In this document: piece after piece, positions 30,001 through 45,149 of the stretch | Layout: every line of letters begins with the position of its first letter | Position numbering within the stretch: the stretch's first letter is position 1 | From: Eledone cirrhosa | Taxonomy: Eukaryota | Length of the DNA: 64,000 nt | Direction of reading: 5' to 3' | Assembly (NCBI GenBank): GCA_964016885.1 | Contig: OZ024740.1 | Span: 79,174,001 to 79,238,000 of the forward strand | The notes under the pieces: model-generated | Told to the model about the DNA's origin: nothing | Database searches by the model: none | Seen by the model: the letters and a program-made list of their open reading frames with translations, nothing else | Made by a program: the position numbers and the translations under genes

Positions 30001-33000
30001 CACAATAGGAACTGTTATAAGACAGCAATAGGGTTGTTTTAGATAATAGATATAACACAATAGGAACTGTTATAAGACACTAAAAATAGGGGTGTTTAGA
30101 TAGATATACCACAGTTAGAACTGTTATAAGACACTAACAATAGGGGTGTTTAGATAGATATAAACACAATAGTAACTGTTATAAGACACTAAAAATAGGG
30201 GTGTTTAGATAATAGATATATCACAGTAGAAACTGTCATAAGACACTAACAATAGGGATGTTTAGATAGATATAACACAATAGGAACTGTTATAAGACAC
30301 TAACAATAGGGGTGTTTAGATAATAGATATAACACCCTAGGAACTGTTATAAGACATTAACAATAGGGGTATTTAGATAGATATAACAGAAGAGGAACTG
30401 TTATAAGACACTAAAAATATGGGTGTTTAGATAGATATAACACAATAGGAACTGTTATAAGACAAGAATAGGGGTGTTTAGATAATAGATATAACACAGC
30501 AGGAACTGTTATAAGACACTAACAATAGGGGTATTTTGATAGATATAACTGAATAGGAACTGTTGTAAGACAACAACAGGTGTCTTTAGATACATATAAA
30601 AAAGTAGGAACTGTTATAAGACACTAACAATAGGGGTGTTTAGATAGATATAACACAATAGGAACTGTTATAAGACAGCAATAGGGGTGTTTAGATAAAT
30701 ACAACACAGTAGGAACTGTTATAAGACACTAACAATATGAGTGTTTAGATAGATATAACACAATAGAAACTGTTATAAGACAACAATAGAGGTGTTTAGA
30801 TAGATATAACACAATAGGAACTGTTATAAGACAACGATAGGGGTGTTTAGATGGATATAACACAGTAAGAACTGTTATAAGACACTAACAATAGGGGTGT
30901 TTAGATAATAGATATAAAACCCTAGGAATTGTTATAAGACACTAACAATAGGGTTTTTAGATAGATATAACACAATAGGAACTGTTGTAAGACAACAATA
31001 GGGGTGTTTAGATAGATATAACACAGTAGAAACTGTTATAAGTCAACAATAGGGGTGTTTAGATATATATAACACAATAGGAACTGTTATAAGATACTAA
31101 CAATAGGGGTGTTTAGATAGATATAAGACAGTAGGAACTGTTATAAGACACTAACAATAGGGGTGTTTAGATAATAGATAGAACACAATAGGAACTGTTA
31201 TAAGACAGCAATAGGGTTGCTTTAGATAATAGATATAACACAGTTGAAACGGTTGTAAGACAACAATAGGGGTGTTTAGATAGATATAACACAGTAGGAA
31301 CTGTTATAAGACACTAGAAATAGGGGTGTTTAGATAGATATACCACAGTTAGAACTGTTATAAGACACTAACAATAGGGGTGTTTAGATTATAGATATAA
31401 CACCCTAGGAACTGTTATAAGACATTAACAATAGGGGTATTTAGATAGTTATAACAGAAGAGGAACTGTTATAAGACACTAAAAATATGGGTGTTTAGAT
31501 AGATATAACACAATAGGAACTGTTATAAGACAACAATAGGGGTGTTTAGATAATAGATATAACACAGCAGGAACTGTTATAAGACACTAACAATAGGGGT
31601 ATTTAGATAGATATAACTGAATAGGAACTGTTGTAAGACAACAACAGGTGTGTTTAGATACATATAAAAAAGTAGGAACTGTTATAAGACACTAACAATA
31701 GGGGTGTTTAGATAGATATAACACAATAGGAACTGTTATAAGACAGCAATATGGGTGTTTAGATAAATACAACACAGTAGGAACTGTTATAAGACACTAA
31801 CAATATGAGTGTTTAGATAGATTTAACACAATAGAAACTGTTATAAGACAACAATAGAGGTGTTTAGATAGATATAACACAATAGGAACTGTTATAAGAC
31901 AACGATAGGGGTGTTTAGATAGATATAACACAGTAAGAACTGTTATAAGACACTAACAATAGAGTTTTTAGATAGATATAACACAATAGGAACTGTTGTA
32001 AGACAACAATAGGGGTGTTTAGATAGATATAACACAGTAGAAACTGTTATAAGTCAACAATAGGGGTGTTTAGATATATATAACACAATAGGAACTGTTA
32101 TAAGATACTAACAATAGGGGTGTTTAGATAGATATAAGACAGTAGGAACTGTTATAAGACACTAACAATAGGGGTGTTTAGATAATAGATAGAACACAAT
32201 AGGAACTGTTATAAGACAGCAATAGGGTTGTTTTAGATAATAGATATAACACAGTAGGAACTGTTGTAAGACAACAATAGGGGTGTTTACATAGATATAA
32301 CACAGTAGGAACTGTTATAAGACACTAAAAATAGGGGTGTTTAGATAGATATACCACAGTTAAAACTGTTATAAAACACTAACAATGGGGGTGTTTAGAT
32401 AATAGATATATCACAGTAGAAACTGTCATAAGACACTAACAATAGGGATGTTTAGATAGATATAACACAATAGGAACTGTTATAAGACACTAACAATAGG
32501 GGTGTTTAGATAATAGATATAACACCTAGGAACTGTTATAAGACATTAACAATAGGGGTATTTAGATAGATATAACAGATGAGGAACTGTTATAAGACAC
32601 TAAAATTATGGGTGTTTAGATAGATATAACACAATAGGAACTGTTATAAAACAACAATAGGGGTGTTTAGATAATAGATATAACACAGCAGGAACTGTTA
32701 TAGGACACTAACAATAGGGGTATTTAAATAGATATAACAGAATAGTAACTGTTGTAAGACAACAACAGGTGTGTTTAGATACATATAAAAAAGTAGGAAC
32801 TGTTATAAGACACTAACAATAGGGGTGTTTAGATAGATATAACACAATAGGAACTGTTATAAGACAGCAATAGGGGTGTTTAGATAAATACAACACAGTA
32901 GGAACTGTTATAAGACACTAACAATATGAGTGTTTAGATAGATATAACACAATAGAAACTGTTATAAGACAACAATAGAGGGGTTTAGATAGATATAACA

Positions 33001-36000
33001 CAATAGGAACTGTTATAAGACAACGATAGGGGTGTTTAGATAGATATAACACAGTAAGAACTGTTAGAAGACACTAACAATAGGGGTGTTTAGATAATAG
33101 ATATAAAACCCTAGGAATTGTTATAAGACACTAACAATAGGGTTTTTATATAGATATAACACAATAGGAACTGTTGTAAGACAACAATAGGGGTGTTTAG
33201 ATAGATATAACACAGTAGAAACTGTTATAAGTCAACAATAGGGGTGTTTAGATATATATAACACAATAGGAACTGTTATAAGATACTAACAATAGGGGTG
33301 TTTAGATAGATATAAGACAGTAGGAACTGTTATAAGACACTAACAATAGGGGTGTTTAGATAATAGATAGAACACAATAGGAACTGTTATAAGACAACAA
33401 TAGGGGTGTTTAGATAATAGATATATCACAGTAGAAACTGTCATAAGACACTAACAATAGGGATGTTTAGATAGATATAACACAATAGGAACTGTTATAA
33501 GACACTAACAATAGGGGTGTTTAGATAATAGATATAACACCCTAGGAACTGTTATAAGACATTAACAATAGGGGTATTTAGATAGTTATAACAGAAGAGG
33601 AACTGTTATAAGACACTAAAAATATGGGTGTTTAGATAGATATAACACAATAGGAACTGTTATAAGACAGCAATAGGGGTGTTTAGATAATAGATATAAC
33701 ACAGTAGGAACTGTTATAAGACACTAACAATAGGGGTGTTTAGATAGATATAACACAATAGGAACAGTTATAAGACACTAACAATAGGGGTGATTAGATA
33801 GATATAACACAATAGGAACTTTTATAAGACAGCAATAGGGGTGTTTAGATAATATATATAACACCGTAGGAACTGTTGTGAGAAACTAATAATAGGGGTT
33901 TTTAGATAGATATAACACAATAGAAACTGTTATAAGACACTAGAAATAGGGTTGTTTAGATAGATATAACACAAGAAGAACTGTTATAAGACACTAACAA
34001 TAGGGATGTTTAGATAATAGATATAACAGAGCAGGAACTGATATAAGACACTAACAATATGGGTGTTTAGATAGATATAACACAATAGCAACTGTTATAA
34101 GACAGCAATAGGGGTGTTTAGATAGATATAACACAGTAGGAACTGTTATAAGACACTAACAATAGGAGTGTTTAGATACATATAACACAATAGGAACTGT
34201 TATAAGCAACAATAGGGGTGTTTAGATCATAGATATAACACAATAGGAACTGTTATAAGACAACAATAGGAGTGTTTAGATAGATATAACACTGTAGGAA
34301 CTGTTATAAACTCTAACAATAGGGGTGTTTAGATAGATATAACAGAATAGGAACTGTTATAAGACACTAACAAGAGGGGTGTTTAGATAGTTATAACACA
34401 ATAGGAACTGTTGTAAGAAAACGATAGGGGTGTTTAGATGGAGATAATACAGTAGGAACTGTTATAAGACACTAACAATATGGGTGTTTAGATAGATATA
34501 ACACAATAGGAACTGTTGTAAGAAAACGATAGGGGTGTTTAGATGGAGATAATACAGTAGGAACTGTTATAAGACACTAACAATATGGGTGTTTAGATAG
34601 ATATAACACAATAGGAACTGTTATGAGACAACAATAGGGGTGATTAGATAATAGATATAACACAATAGGAACTGTCATAAGACACTAACAATAGGGGTGT
34701 TTAGATAGATATAACACAATAGGAACTGTTATAAGACACTAAAAATAGGGGAGTTTAGATAGATATAACATAATAGGAATTGTTATAAGACACTAAAAAT
34801 AGGGGTGTTTATATAGATATAACACAAGAGGAAATGTTATAAGACACTAACAATATGGGTGTTTAGATAGATATAACACAGTAGGAACTGTTATAAGACA
34901 CTAACAATAGGAGTGTTTAGATAGATATAACACAATAGGAACTGTTATAAGACAACAATAGGGGTGTTTAGATAATAGATATAACACAATAGGAACTGGT
35001 ATAAGACAGCAATAGGAGTGTTTAGATAGATATAAAACAGTAGGAACTGTTATAAAACACTAACAATATGGGTGTTTAGATAGATATAATACAGTAGGAA
35101 CTGTTTTAAGACACTAACAATGTGGGTGTTTCGATAGATATAACACAATAGGAACTGTTATAAGACAACAATAGAGGTGTTTAGATAGATATAACACAAT
35201 AGGAACTGTTATAAGACAACGATAGGGGTGTTTAGATAGATATAACACAGTAAGAACTGTTATAAGACACTAACAATAGGGGTTTTTAGATAGATATAAC
35301 ACAATAGGAACTGTTTTAAGACACTAACAATAGGGGTGTTTAAATAATAGATATAACACCCTAGGAACTGTTATAAGACACTAACAATACGGGTGGTTAG
35401 ATACAAATAACACAAGAGGAACTGTTATAAGACACTAAAAATAGGGGTGTTTACATAGATATAACACAATAGGAACTGTTATAAGACACTAACAAAAGGG
35501 TTGTTTAGATAGATATAACACAAGAGGAACTGTTATAAGACACTAACAATAGGGTTGTTTAGATAGATATAACACACGAGGAACTGTTATAAGACACTAA
35601 CAATAGGAGTGTTTAGATATATATAACACAAGAGGAACTGTTATAAGACACTAAAATAGGGGTGTTTAGATAGATATAACACAATAGGAACTGTTATAAG
35701 ACACTAACAATAGGGGTGCTTAGATAATAGTTATAACACCCTAGGAACTGTTATAAGACACTAACAATAGGGGTGTTTAGATAGATATAACACAGTATGA
35801 ACTGTTATAAGACAACAATAGGGTTGTTTAGATAATAGATATAACACATTAGGAACTGTTGTAAGACAACAATAGGTGTGTTTATATAACAGATATAATA
35901 CAGTAGGAACTGTTGTAAAACAACAATAGGGGTGTTTAGATAATAGATATAATACAGTAGGAACTGTTGTAAGAAACTAATAATAGAGGTGTTTAGATAG

Positions 36001-37649
36001 ATATAACACAATAGGAACAGTTATGAGACACTAACAATAGGCGTGTTTAGATAGATATAACAAAATAGGAACTGTTATAAGACACTAACAATTGGGGTGT
36101 TTAGATAATATATATAACACAGTAGGAACTGTTATAAGACACTAACAATAGGGGTGTTTAGATAGATATAACACAATAGGAACTGTTATAAGACACTAAC
36201 AATAGAGGTGATTAGATAGATATAACACAATAGGAACTGTTATAAGACAGCAATAGGTGTCTTTAGATAATATATATAACACCGTAGGAACTGTTGTAAG
36301 AAACTAATAATAGGGGTGTTTAGATAGATATAAGACAATAGGAACAGTTATGAGACACTAACAATAGGGGTGTTTAGATAGATATAACAAAATAGGAACT
36401 GTTATAAGACACTAACAATAGGGGTGTTTAGATAATATATATAACACAGTAGGAACTGTTATAAGACACTAACAATAGGGGTGTTTAGATAGATATAACA
36501 CAATAGGAACTGTTATAAGACACTAACAATAGAGGTGATTAGATAGATATAACACAATAGGAACTGTTATAAGACAGCAATAGGTGTCTTTAGATAATAT
36601 ATATAACACCGTAGGAACTGTTGTAAGAAACTAATAATAGGGGTGTTTAGTTAGATATAACACAATAGGAACTGTTATAAGACACTAGAAATAGGGTTGT
36701 TTAGATAGATATAACACAAGAAGAACTGTTATAAGACACTAACAAAAGGGATGTTTAGATAATAGATATAACAGAGTAGGAACTGATATAAGACACTTAC
36801 AATAGGGGTGTTTAGATAGATATAACACAATAGGAACTGTTATAAGACAGCAATAGGGGTGTTTAGATAGATATAACACAGTAGGAACTGTTATAAGACA
36901 CTAACAATAGGAGTGTTTAGATAGATATAACATAATAGGAACTGTTATAAGCAACAATAGGGGTGTTTAGATAATAGATATAACACAATAGGAACTGTTA
37001 TAAGAAAACAATAGGGGTGTTTAGATAGATATAACACTGTAGGAACTGTTATAAACTCTAACAATAGGAGTGTTTAGATAATAGATATAACACAGAAGGA
37101 ACTGTTATAAGACACTAACAATAGGGGTATTTAGATAGTTATAACACAATAGGAACTGTTGTAAGAAAACGATAGGAGTGTTTAGATGGAGATAATACAG
37201 TAGGAAATGTTATAAGACACTAACAATATGGGTGTTTAGATAGATATAACACAATAGGAGCTGTTATGAGACAACAATAGGGTGGTTTAGATAATAGATA
37301 TAACACAGTAGGAACTGTCATAAGACACTAACAATAGGGGTGTTTAGATAGATATAACACAATAGGAACTGTTATAAGACACTAAAAATAGGGGTGTTTA
37401 GATAGATATAACACAATAGGAACTGTTATAAGACAATAACAATAGGGGTGTTTATATAGATATAACACAAGAGGAACTGTTATGAGACAATAACAATAGG
37501 CGTGTTTAGATAGATATAACACAATAGGAACTGTTATGAGACAACAATAGGGGTATTTAGATAATTGATATAACACAGTAGGAACGGTTATAAGACACTA
37601 ACAGTAGGGGTATTTAGATAGATATAACACAATAGGAACTGTTATAAGA

Positions 37650-40600
37650 CACAAAAAATAGGGGTGTTTAGATAATTGGTATAACATAGTAGGAACTGTT
37701 ATAAGACAACAATAGGGTTGTTTAGATAGATATAACACAATAGAACAGTTAGGAGACACTAACAATATGGGTGTTTAGATAGATATAACACAATTGGAAC
37801 TGTTATAAGACACTAGCAATAGTGGTGTTTAGATAGATATAACACAATAGGAACTGTTATAAGACAGCAATAGCAGTGTTTAGATCGATATAACACAGTA
37901 AGAACTGGTATAAGTCACTAACAATAGGGGTATTTAGATAGATATAACAGAATAGGAACTGTTGTAAGACAACAATAGGGGTGTTTAGATACATATAAAA
38001 AAGTAGGAACTGTTATAAGACACTAACAATAGGAGTGTTTAGATAGATATAACACAATAGGAACTGTTATAAGACAACAATAGGGGTGTTTAGATAATAG
38101 ATATAACACAATAGGAACTGGTATAAGACAGCAATAGGAGTGTTTAGATAGATATAAAACAGTAGGAACTGTTATAAAACACTAACAATAGGGGTGTTTC
38201 GATAGATATAACACAATAGGAACTGGTATAAGACAACAATAGGGTGTTTAGATAGATATAACACAGTAGGAACTGTTATAAGACAGCAATAGGAGTGTTT
38301 AGATCGATATAACACAGTAAGAACTGGTATAAGACACTAACAATAGGGCTGTTTAGATAGATATAACACAATAGGAACTGTTATAAGAGTCTAAAAATAG
38401 GCGTGTTTAGATAATAGATATAACATAGTAGGAACTGTTATAAGACACTAACAATAGGGGTATTTAGATAGATATAACAGAATAGGAACTGTTGTAAGAC
38501 AAAAATAAGTGTGTTTAGATACATATAAAAAAGTAGGAACTGTTATAAGACACTAACAATATGGGTGCTAATATAGATATAACACTGTAGGAACTGTTAT
38601 AAACACTAACAATAGGGCTGTATAGATAGGTATAACACAATAGGAACTGTTATAAGACACTAACAATAGGGGTGTTCAGATAGATATAACAGAATATGAA
38701 TGGTTATGAGACAGCAATAGGAGTGATTAGATAGATATAACACAGAAGGAACTGTTATAAGACACTAACAATAGGGCTGTTTGGATAGATATAACACAAT
38801 AGGAACTGTTATAAGACACTAGCAATTGGGGTGTTTATATAGATATAACACAATCGGAATTGGTATAAGACAGAAATAGGGGTGTTTAGATAGATATAAC
38901 ACAGTAGGAACTGTTTTAGGACACTAACAAAAAGAGTGTTTAGATAGATATAACACAATAGGAACTGTTATAAGACAACAATACGGGTATTTAGATAATA
39001 GATATACCATTGTAGGAACTGTTATAAGATACTAATAATAGGGGTGTTTACATAGATATAACACAATAGGAACTATTATAAGACACTAAAAAAGGGGTGT
39101 TTAGATAGATATAACACAATAGGAACTGTTATAAGACACTAACAGTAGGGGTGTTTAGATAATGGATATAACACAGTAGGAACTGTTATAAGACACTAAC
39201 AATAGGGGTGTTTAGATAGATATAACACAATAGGAACTGTTATAGACACCTAAAATAGGGCGGTTTAGATAGATATAACACAATAGGAACTGTTATAAGA
39301 CACTAGCAATAGGGGTGTTTAGATAATAGATATAACACAATAGTAAATTTTATAAGACAACAATAGGGATGTTTAGATAATAGATATAACACAGTAGGAA
39401 CAGTTATAAGACACTAACAATAGGGGTGTTTAGATAATAGTTATAACACAGAAGGAACTGTTATAAGACACTAACAATAGAGGTATTTAGATAATTATAA
39501 CAGAATAGGAAATGTCATAAGACACTAACAATAGGAGTGTGTAGATAGATATAACAGAGTAGGAATTGTTATAAGACACTAACAATAGGGGTGTTTAGAA
39601 TCATATAACACAGTAGTAACTGTTATAAGACACTAACAATAGGGGTATTTAGATAGATATAACAGAATAGGAACTGTTGTAAGACAACAATAGGTGTGTT
39701 TAGATACATATAAAAAAGTAGGAACTGTTATAAGACACCAACAATAGGCGTGTTTAGAGAGATATAACACAATAGGAACTGTTCTAAAACATTAAAAATA
39801 GTGATGTTTAGATAGATATAAACAATAGGAACTGTTATAAGACAACAATAGGGGTGTTTAGATAATAGCTATAACACAGTAGGAACTGTTATAATGCACT
39901 AACAACAGTTGTGTTTAGATAGACATAACACAATACGAACTGTTGTAAGATAACGATAGGGATGTTTAGATAGATATAATACATAAGGAACTGTTATAAG
40001 ACACTAACAATATGGGTGTTTAGATAGATATAACACAATAGGAACTGTTGTAAGACAACAATAGGTATGTTTAGATAGATATACAAATGTAGGAACTGTT
40101 ATAAGACACTAACAATAGGGGTGTTTAGATAGATATAACACAATAGGAACTGTCATAAGACACTAACAATAGGACTGTTTAGATATATATAACACAATAG
40201 GAACTGTTATAAGACACTAACAATAGCGGTGTTTAGATAGATATAACACAGTAGGAACTGTTATAAGACACTAACAATATGGGTGTTTATATAGATATAA
40301 CACAATAGGAACTGTTATAAGTCAACAATATGGGTGTTTAGATAATAGATATAACACAGTAGGAACTGTTATAAGACACTAAAAATAGGGGTGTTTAGAT
40401 AATTGGTATAACATAGTAGGAACTGTTATAAGACAACAATAGGGTTGTTTAGATAGATATAACACAATAGAACAGTTAGGAGACACTAACAATATGGGTG
40501 TTTAGATAGATATAACACAATTGGAACTGTTATAAGACACTAGCAATAGTGGTGTTTAGATAGATATAACACAATAGGAACTGTTATAAGACAGCAATAG

Positions 40601-43110
40601 CAGTGTTTAGATCGATATAACACAGTAAGAACTGGTATAAGTCACTAACAATAGGGGTATTTAGATAGATATAACAGAATAGGAACTGTTGTAAGACAAC
40701 AATAGGGGTGTTTAGATACATATAAAAAAGTAGGAACTGTTATAAGACACTAACAATAGGAGTGTTTAGATAGATATAACACAATAGGAACTGTTATAAG
40801 ACAACAATAGGGGTGTTTAGATAATAGATATAACACAATAGGAACTGGTATAAGACAGCAATAGGAGTGTTTAGATAGATATAAAACAGTAGGAACTGTT
40901 ATAAAACACTAACAATAGGGGTGTTTCGATAGATATAACACAATAGGAACTGGTATAAGACAACAATAGGGTGTTTAGATAGATATAACACAGTAGGAAC
41001 TGTTATAAGACAGCAATAGGAGTGTTTAGATCGATATAACACAGTAAGAACTGGTATAAGACACTAACAATAGGGCTGTTTAGATAGATATAACACAATA
41101 GGAACTGTTATAAGAGTCTAAAAATAGGCGTGTTTAGATAATAGATATAACATAGTAGGAACTGTTATAAGACACTAACAATAGGGGTATTTAGATAGAT
41201 ATAACAGAATAGGAACTGTTGTAAGACAAAAATAAGTGTATTTAGATACATATAAAAAAGTAGGAACTGTTATAAGACACTAACAATATGGGTGCTAATA
41301 TAGATATAACACTGTAGGAACTGTTATAAACACTAACAATAGGGCTGTATAGATAGGTATAACACAATAGGAACTGTTATAAGACACTAACAATAGGGGT
41401 GTTCAGATAGATATAACAGAATATGAATGGTTATGAGACAGCAATAGGAGTGATTAGATAGATATAACACAGAAGGAACTGTTATAAGACACTAACAATA
41501 GGGCTGTTTGGATAGATATAACACAATAGGAACTGTTATAAGACACTAGCAATTGGGGTGTTTATATAGATATAACACAATCGGAATTGGTATAAGACAG
41601 AAATAGGGGTGTTTAGATAGATATAACACAGTAGGAACTGTTTTAGGACACTAACAAAAAGAGTGTTTAGATAGATATAACACAATAGGAACTGTTATAA
41701 GACAACAATACGGGTATTTAGATAATAGATATACCATTGTAGGAACTGTTATAAGATACTAATAATAGGGGTGTTTACATAGATATAACACAATAGGAAC
41801 TATTATAAGACACTAAAAAAGGGGTGTTTAGATAGATATAACACAATAGGAACTGTTATAAGACACTAACAGTAGGGGTGTTTAGATAATGGATATAACA
41901 CAGTAGGAACTGTTATAAGACACTAACAATAGGGGTGTTTAGATAGATATAACACAATAGGAACTGTTATAGACACCTAAAATAGGGCGGTTTAGATAGA
42001 TATAACACAATAGGAACTGTTATAAGACACTAGCAATAGGGGTGTTTAGATAATAGATATAACACAATAGTAAATTTTATAAGACAACAATAGGGATGTT
42101 TAGATAATAGATATAACACAGTAGGAACAGTTATAAGACACTAACAATAGGGGTGTTTAGATAATAGTTATAACACAGAAGGAACTGTTATAAGACACTA
42201 ACAATAGAGGTATTTAGATAATTATAACAGAATAGGAAATGTCATAAGACACTAACAATAGGAGTGTGTAGATAGATATAACAGAGTAGGAATTGTTATA
42301 AGACACTAACAATAGGGGTGTTTAGAATCATATAACACAGTAGTAACTGTTATAAGACACTAACAATAGGGGTATTTAGATAGATATAACAGAATAGGAA
42401 CTGTTGTAAGACAACAATAGGTGTGTTTAGATACATATATAAAAGTAGGAACTGTTATAAGACACCAACAATAGGCGTGTTTAGAGAGATATAACACAAT
42501 AGGAACTGTTCTAAAACATTAAAAATAGTGATGTTTAGATAGATATAAACAATAGGAACTGTTATAAGACGACAATAGGGGTGTTTAGATAATAGCTATA
42601 ACACAGTAGGAACTGTTATAATGCACTAACAACAGTTGTGTTTAGATAGACATAACACAATACGAACTGTTGTAAGATAACGATAGGGATGTTTAGATAG
42701 ATATAATACATAAGGAACTGTTATAAGACACTAACAATATGGGTGTTTAGATAGATATAACACAATAGGAACTGTTGTAAGACAACAATAGGTATGTTTA
42801 GATAGATATACAAATGTAGGAACTGTTATAAGACACTAACAATAGGGGTGTTTAGATAGATATAACACAATAGGAACTGTCATAAGACACTAACAATAGG
42901 ACTGTTTAGATATATATAACACAATAGGAACTGTTATAAGACACTAACAATAGCGGTGTTTAGATAGATATAACACAGTAGGAACTGTTATAAGACACTA
43001 ACAATATGGGTGTTTATATAGATATAACACAATAGGAACTGTTATAAGTCAACAATATGGGTGTTTAGATAATAGATATAACACAGTAGGAACTGTTATA
43101 AGACACTAAA
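37650..43110. repeat. ~2.73-kb tandem duplication nested in 19-kb copy 2
   Basis: Marker AACAGTTAGGAGAC at 37744 and 40471 (offset 2727). Confidence 0.88.
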
Positions 43111-45149
43111 AATAGGGGTATTTAGATAGATATAACACAATAGGAACTGTTGTAAGACAACAATAGGTGTGTTTAGATAGATATAACACAGTAGGAACTA
43201 TTATAAGACACTAACAATTGGGGTGTTTAGATAGATATAACACAATTGGAACTGGTATAAGACAGAAATAGGGGTGTTTAGATAGATATAACACAGTAGG
43301 AACTGTTATAAGACACTAACAATAAGAGTGTTTAGATAGATAGGACACAATAGGAACTGTTTTAAGACACTAACAATAGGGGTGTTTAGATAGATATAAC
43401 ACAATAGGAACTGCTATAAGACACTAACAATAGGGGTGTTTAGATAGATATAGCAGAATAGGAACAGTTATGAGACACTAACAATAGGTGTGTTTAGATA
43501 GATATAACACAATAGGAACTGTTATAAGACACTAACAATAGGGGTGGTTAGATAATAGATATAACATAGTAGGAACTGTTACAAGACACTAACAATAGGG
43601 GTCTTTAGATAGATATAACACAATTGGAACTGTTATAAGACAACAATAGGGATGTTTAGATAATATTTATAACACCATAGGAACTGTTATAAGACACTAA
43701 CAATAGGGGTGTTTAGATAATAGATATAACACAGTAGGCACTTTTATAAGACACTAACAATAGTGGTGTTTAGATAGATATTAAAAAGTAGGAACTGTTA
43801 TAAGACAACAATAGGTGTGTTTAGATAATAGCTATAACACAGTAGGAACTGTCATAAGACACTATCAATAGGGGTGTTTAGATAGATATAACACAATAGG
43901 AACTGTTATAGGACAACAATATGGGTGTTTAGATATTAGATATACCACAGTAGGAACTGTTTTAATACACTAACAATAGGGGTGTTTAGATAGATATAAC
44001 ACAATAGGAACTGTTATAAGAAAACAATATGTTTGTTTAGATAATAGATATAACACAGTAGGAACTGTTATAAGATACTAACAATAGGGGTGTTTTGATA
44101 GATATAACACAATAGTAACTGTTATAAGACAAAAAATAGGGATGTTTAGATAATAAAAATAACACAGTAGGAACTGTTATAAGACACTAACAATAGGGGT
44201 GTTTAGATAGATATAACACATGGGGAAATGTTATAAGACACTAACAATAGGGGTGTTTAGATAATAGATATAACACAATAGGAACTGTTATGAGACACCA
44301 ACAATAGGGGTGTTTAGATAGATATAACACAATAGGTACTATTATAAGACACTAACAATACGGGTGTTTAGATAGATATAACACAATAGGAACTGTTATG
44401 GGACACTAACAATAGGGGTGTTTAGATAGATATAACACAATAGGAGCTGTTATAAGACACTAACAATAGGGCTGTTTATATAGATATAACACAATAGTAA
44501 CTGTCATGAGACACTAACAATAGGGGTGTTTAGATAATAGCTATAACACAGTAGGAACTGTTATGAGACACTAACAACGGGGGTGTTTAGATAGATATAA
44601 CACAATAGGAACTGTTATAAGACCCTAACAATAGGGGTGGTTAGATAATAGATATAACATAGTAGGAACTGTTATAAGACACTAACAATATGGGTCTTTT
44701 AGATAGATATAACACAATTGGAACTGTTATAAGACAACAATAGTGGTGTTTAGATAGATATAACACAGTAGAAACTGTTATAAGACACTAACAATAGGGG
44801 TGTTTAGATAGATATAACAAAGTAGGAACTGTTATAAGACATCAATAGGGGTGTATAGATAATATCTATAACACAGTAAGAACTGTCATAATACACTAAC
44901 AATAGTGGTTTTTAGACAGATATAACACAATAGGAACTGTTATTAGACAACAATAGGGTGTTTAGTTAGATATAACACAATAGGAACTGTTATAAGACAC
45001 TAACCATATGGCGGTTTAGATAGTAGATATAACACAGTAAGAACTGTTATAAGACACTAACAATAGGGGTGTTTAGATAATAGATTTAACACTAGGAACC
45101 GTTATAAGACACTAACAATAGGGGTGTCTAGATAGATATAACACAATAG

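Noticed and set aside
4170-37576. Minus-strand ORFs of LYLSKHPYC or CYIYLNTP type as genes
   Set aside because: They are chance runs of monomer variants lacking the usual stop, begin at GTG/TTG-type codons within the repeat, and recur only because of the duplications.
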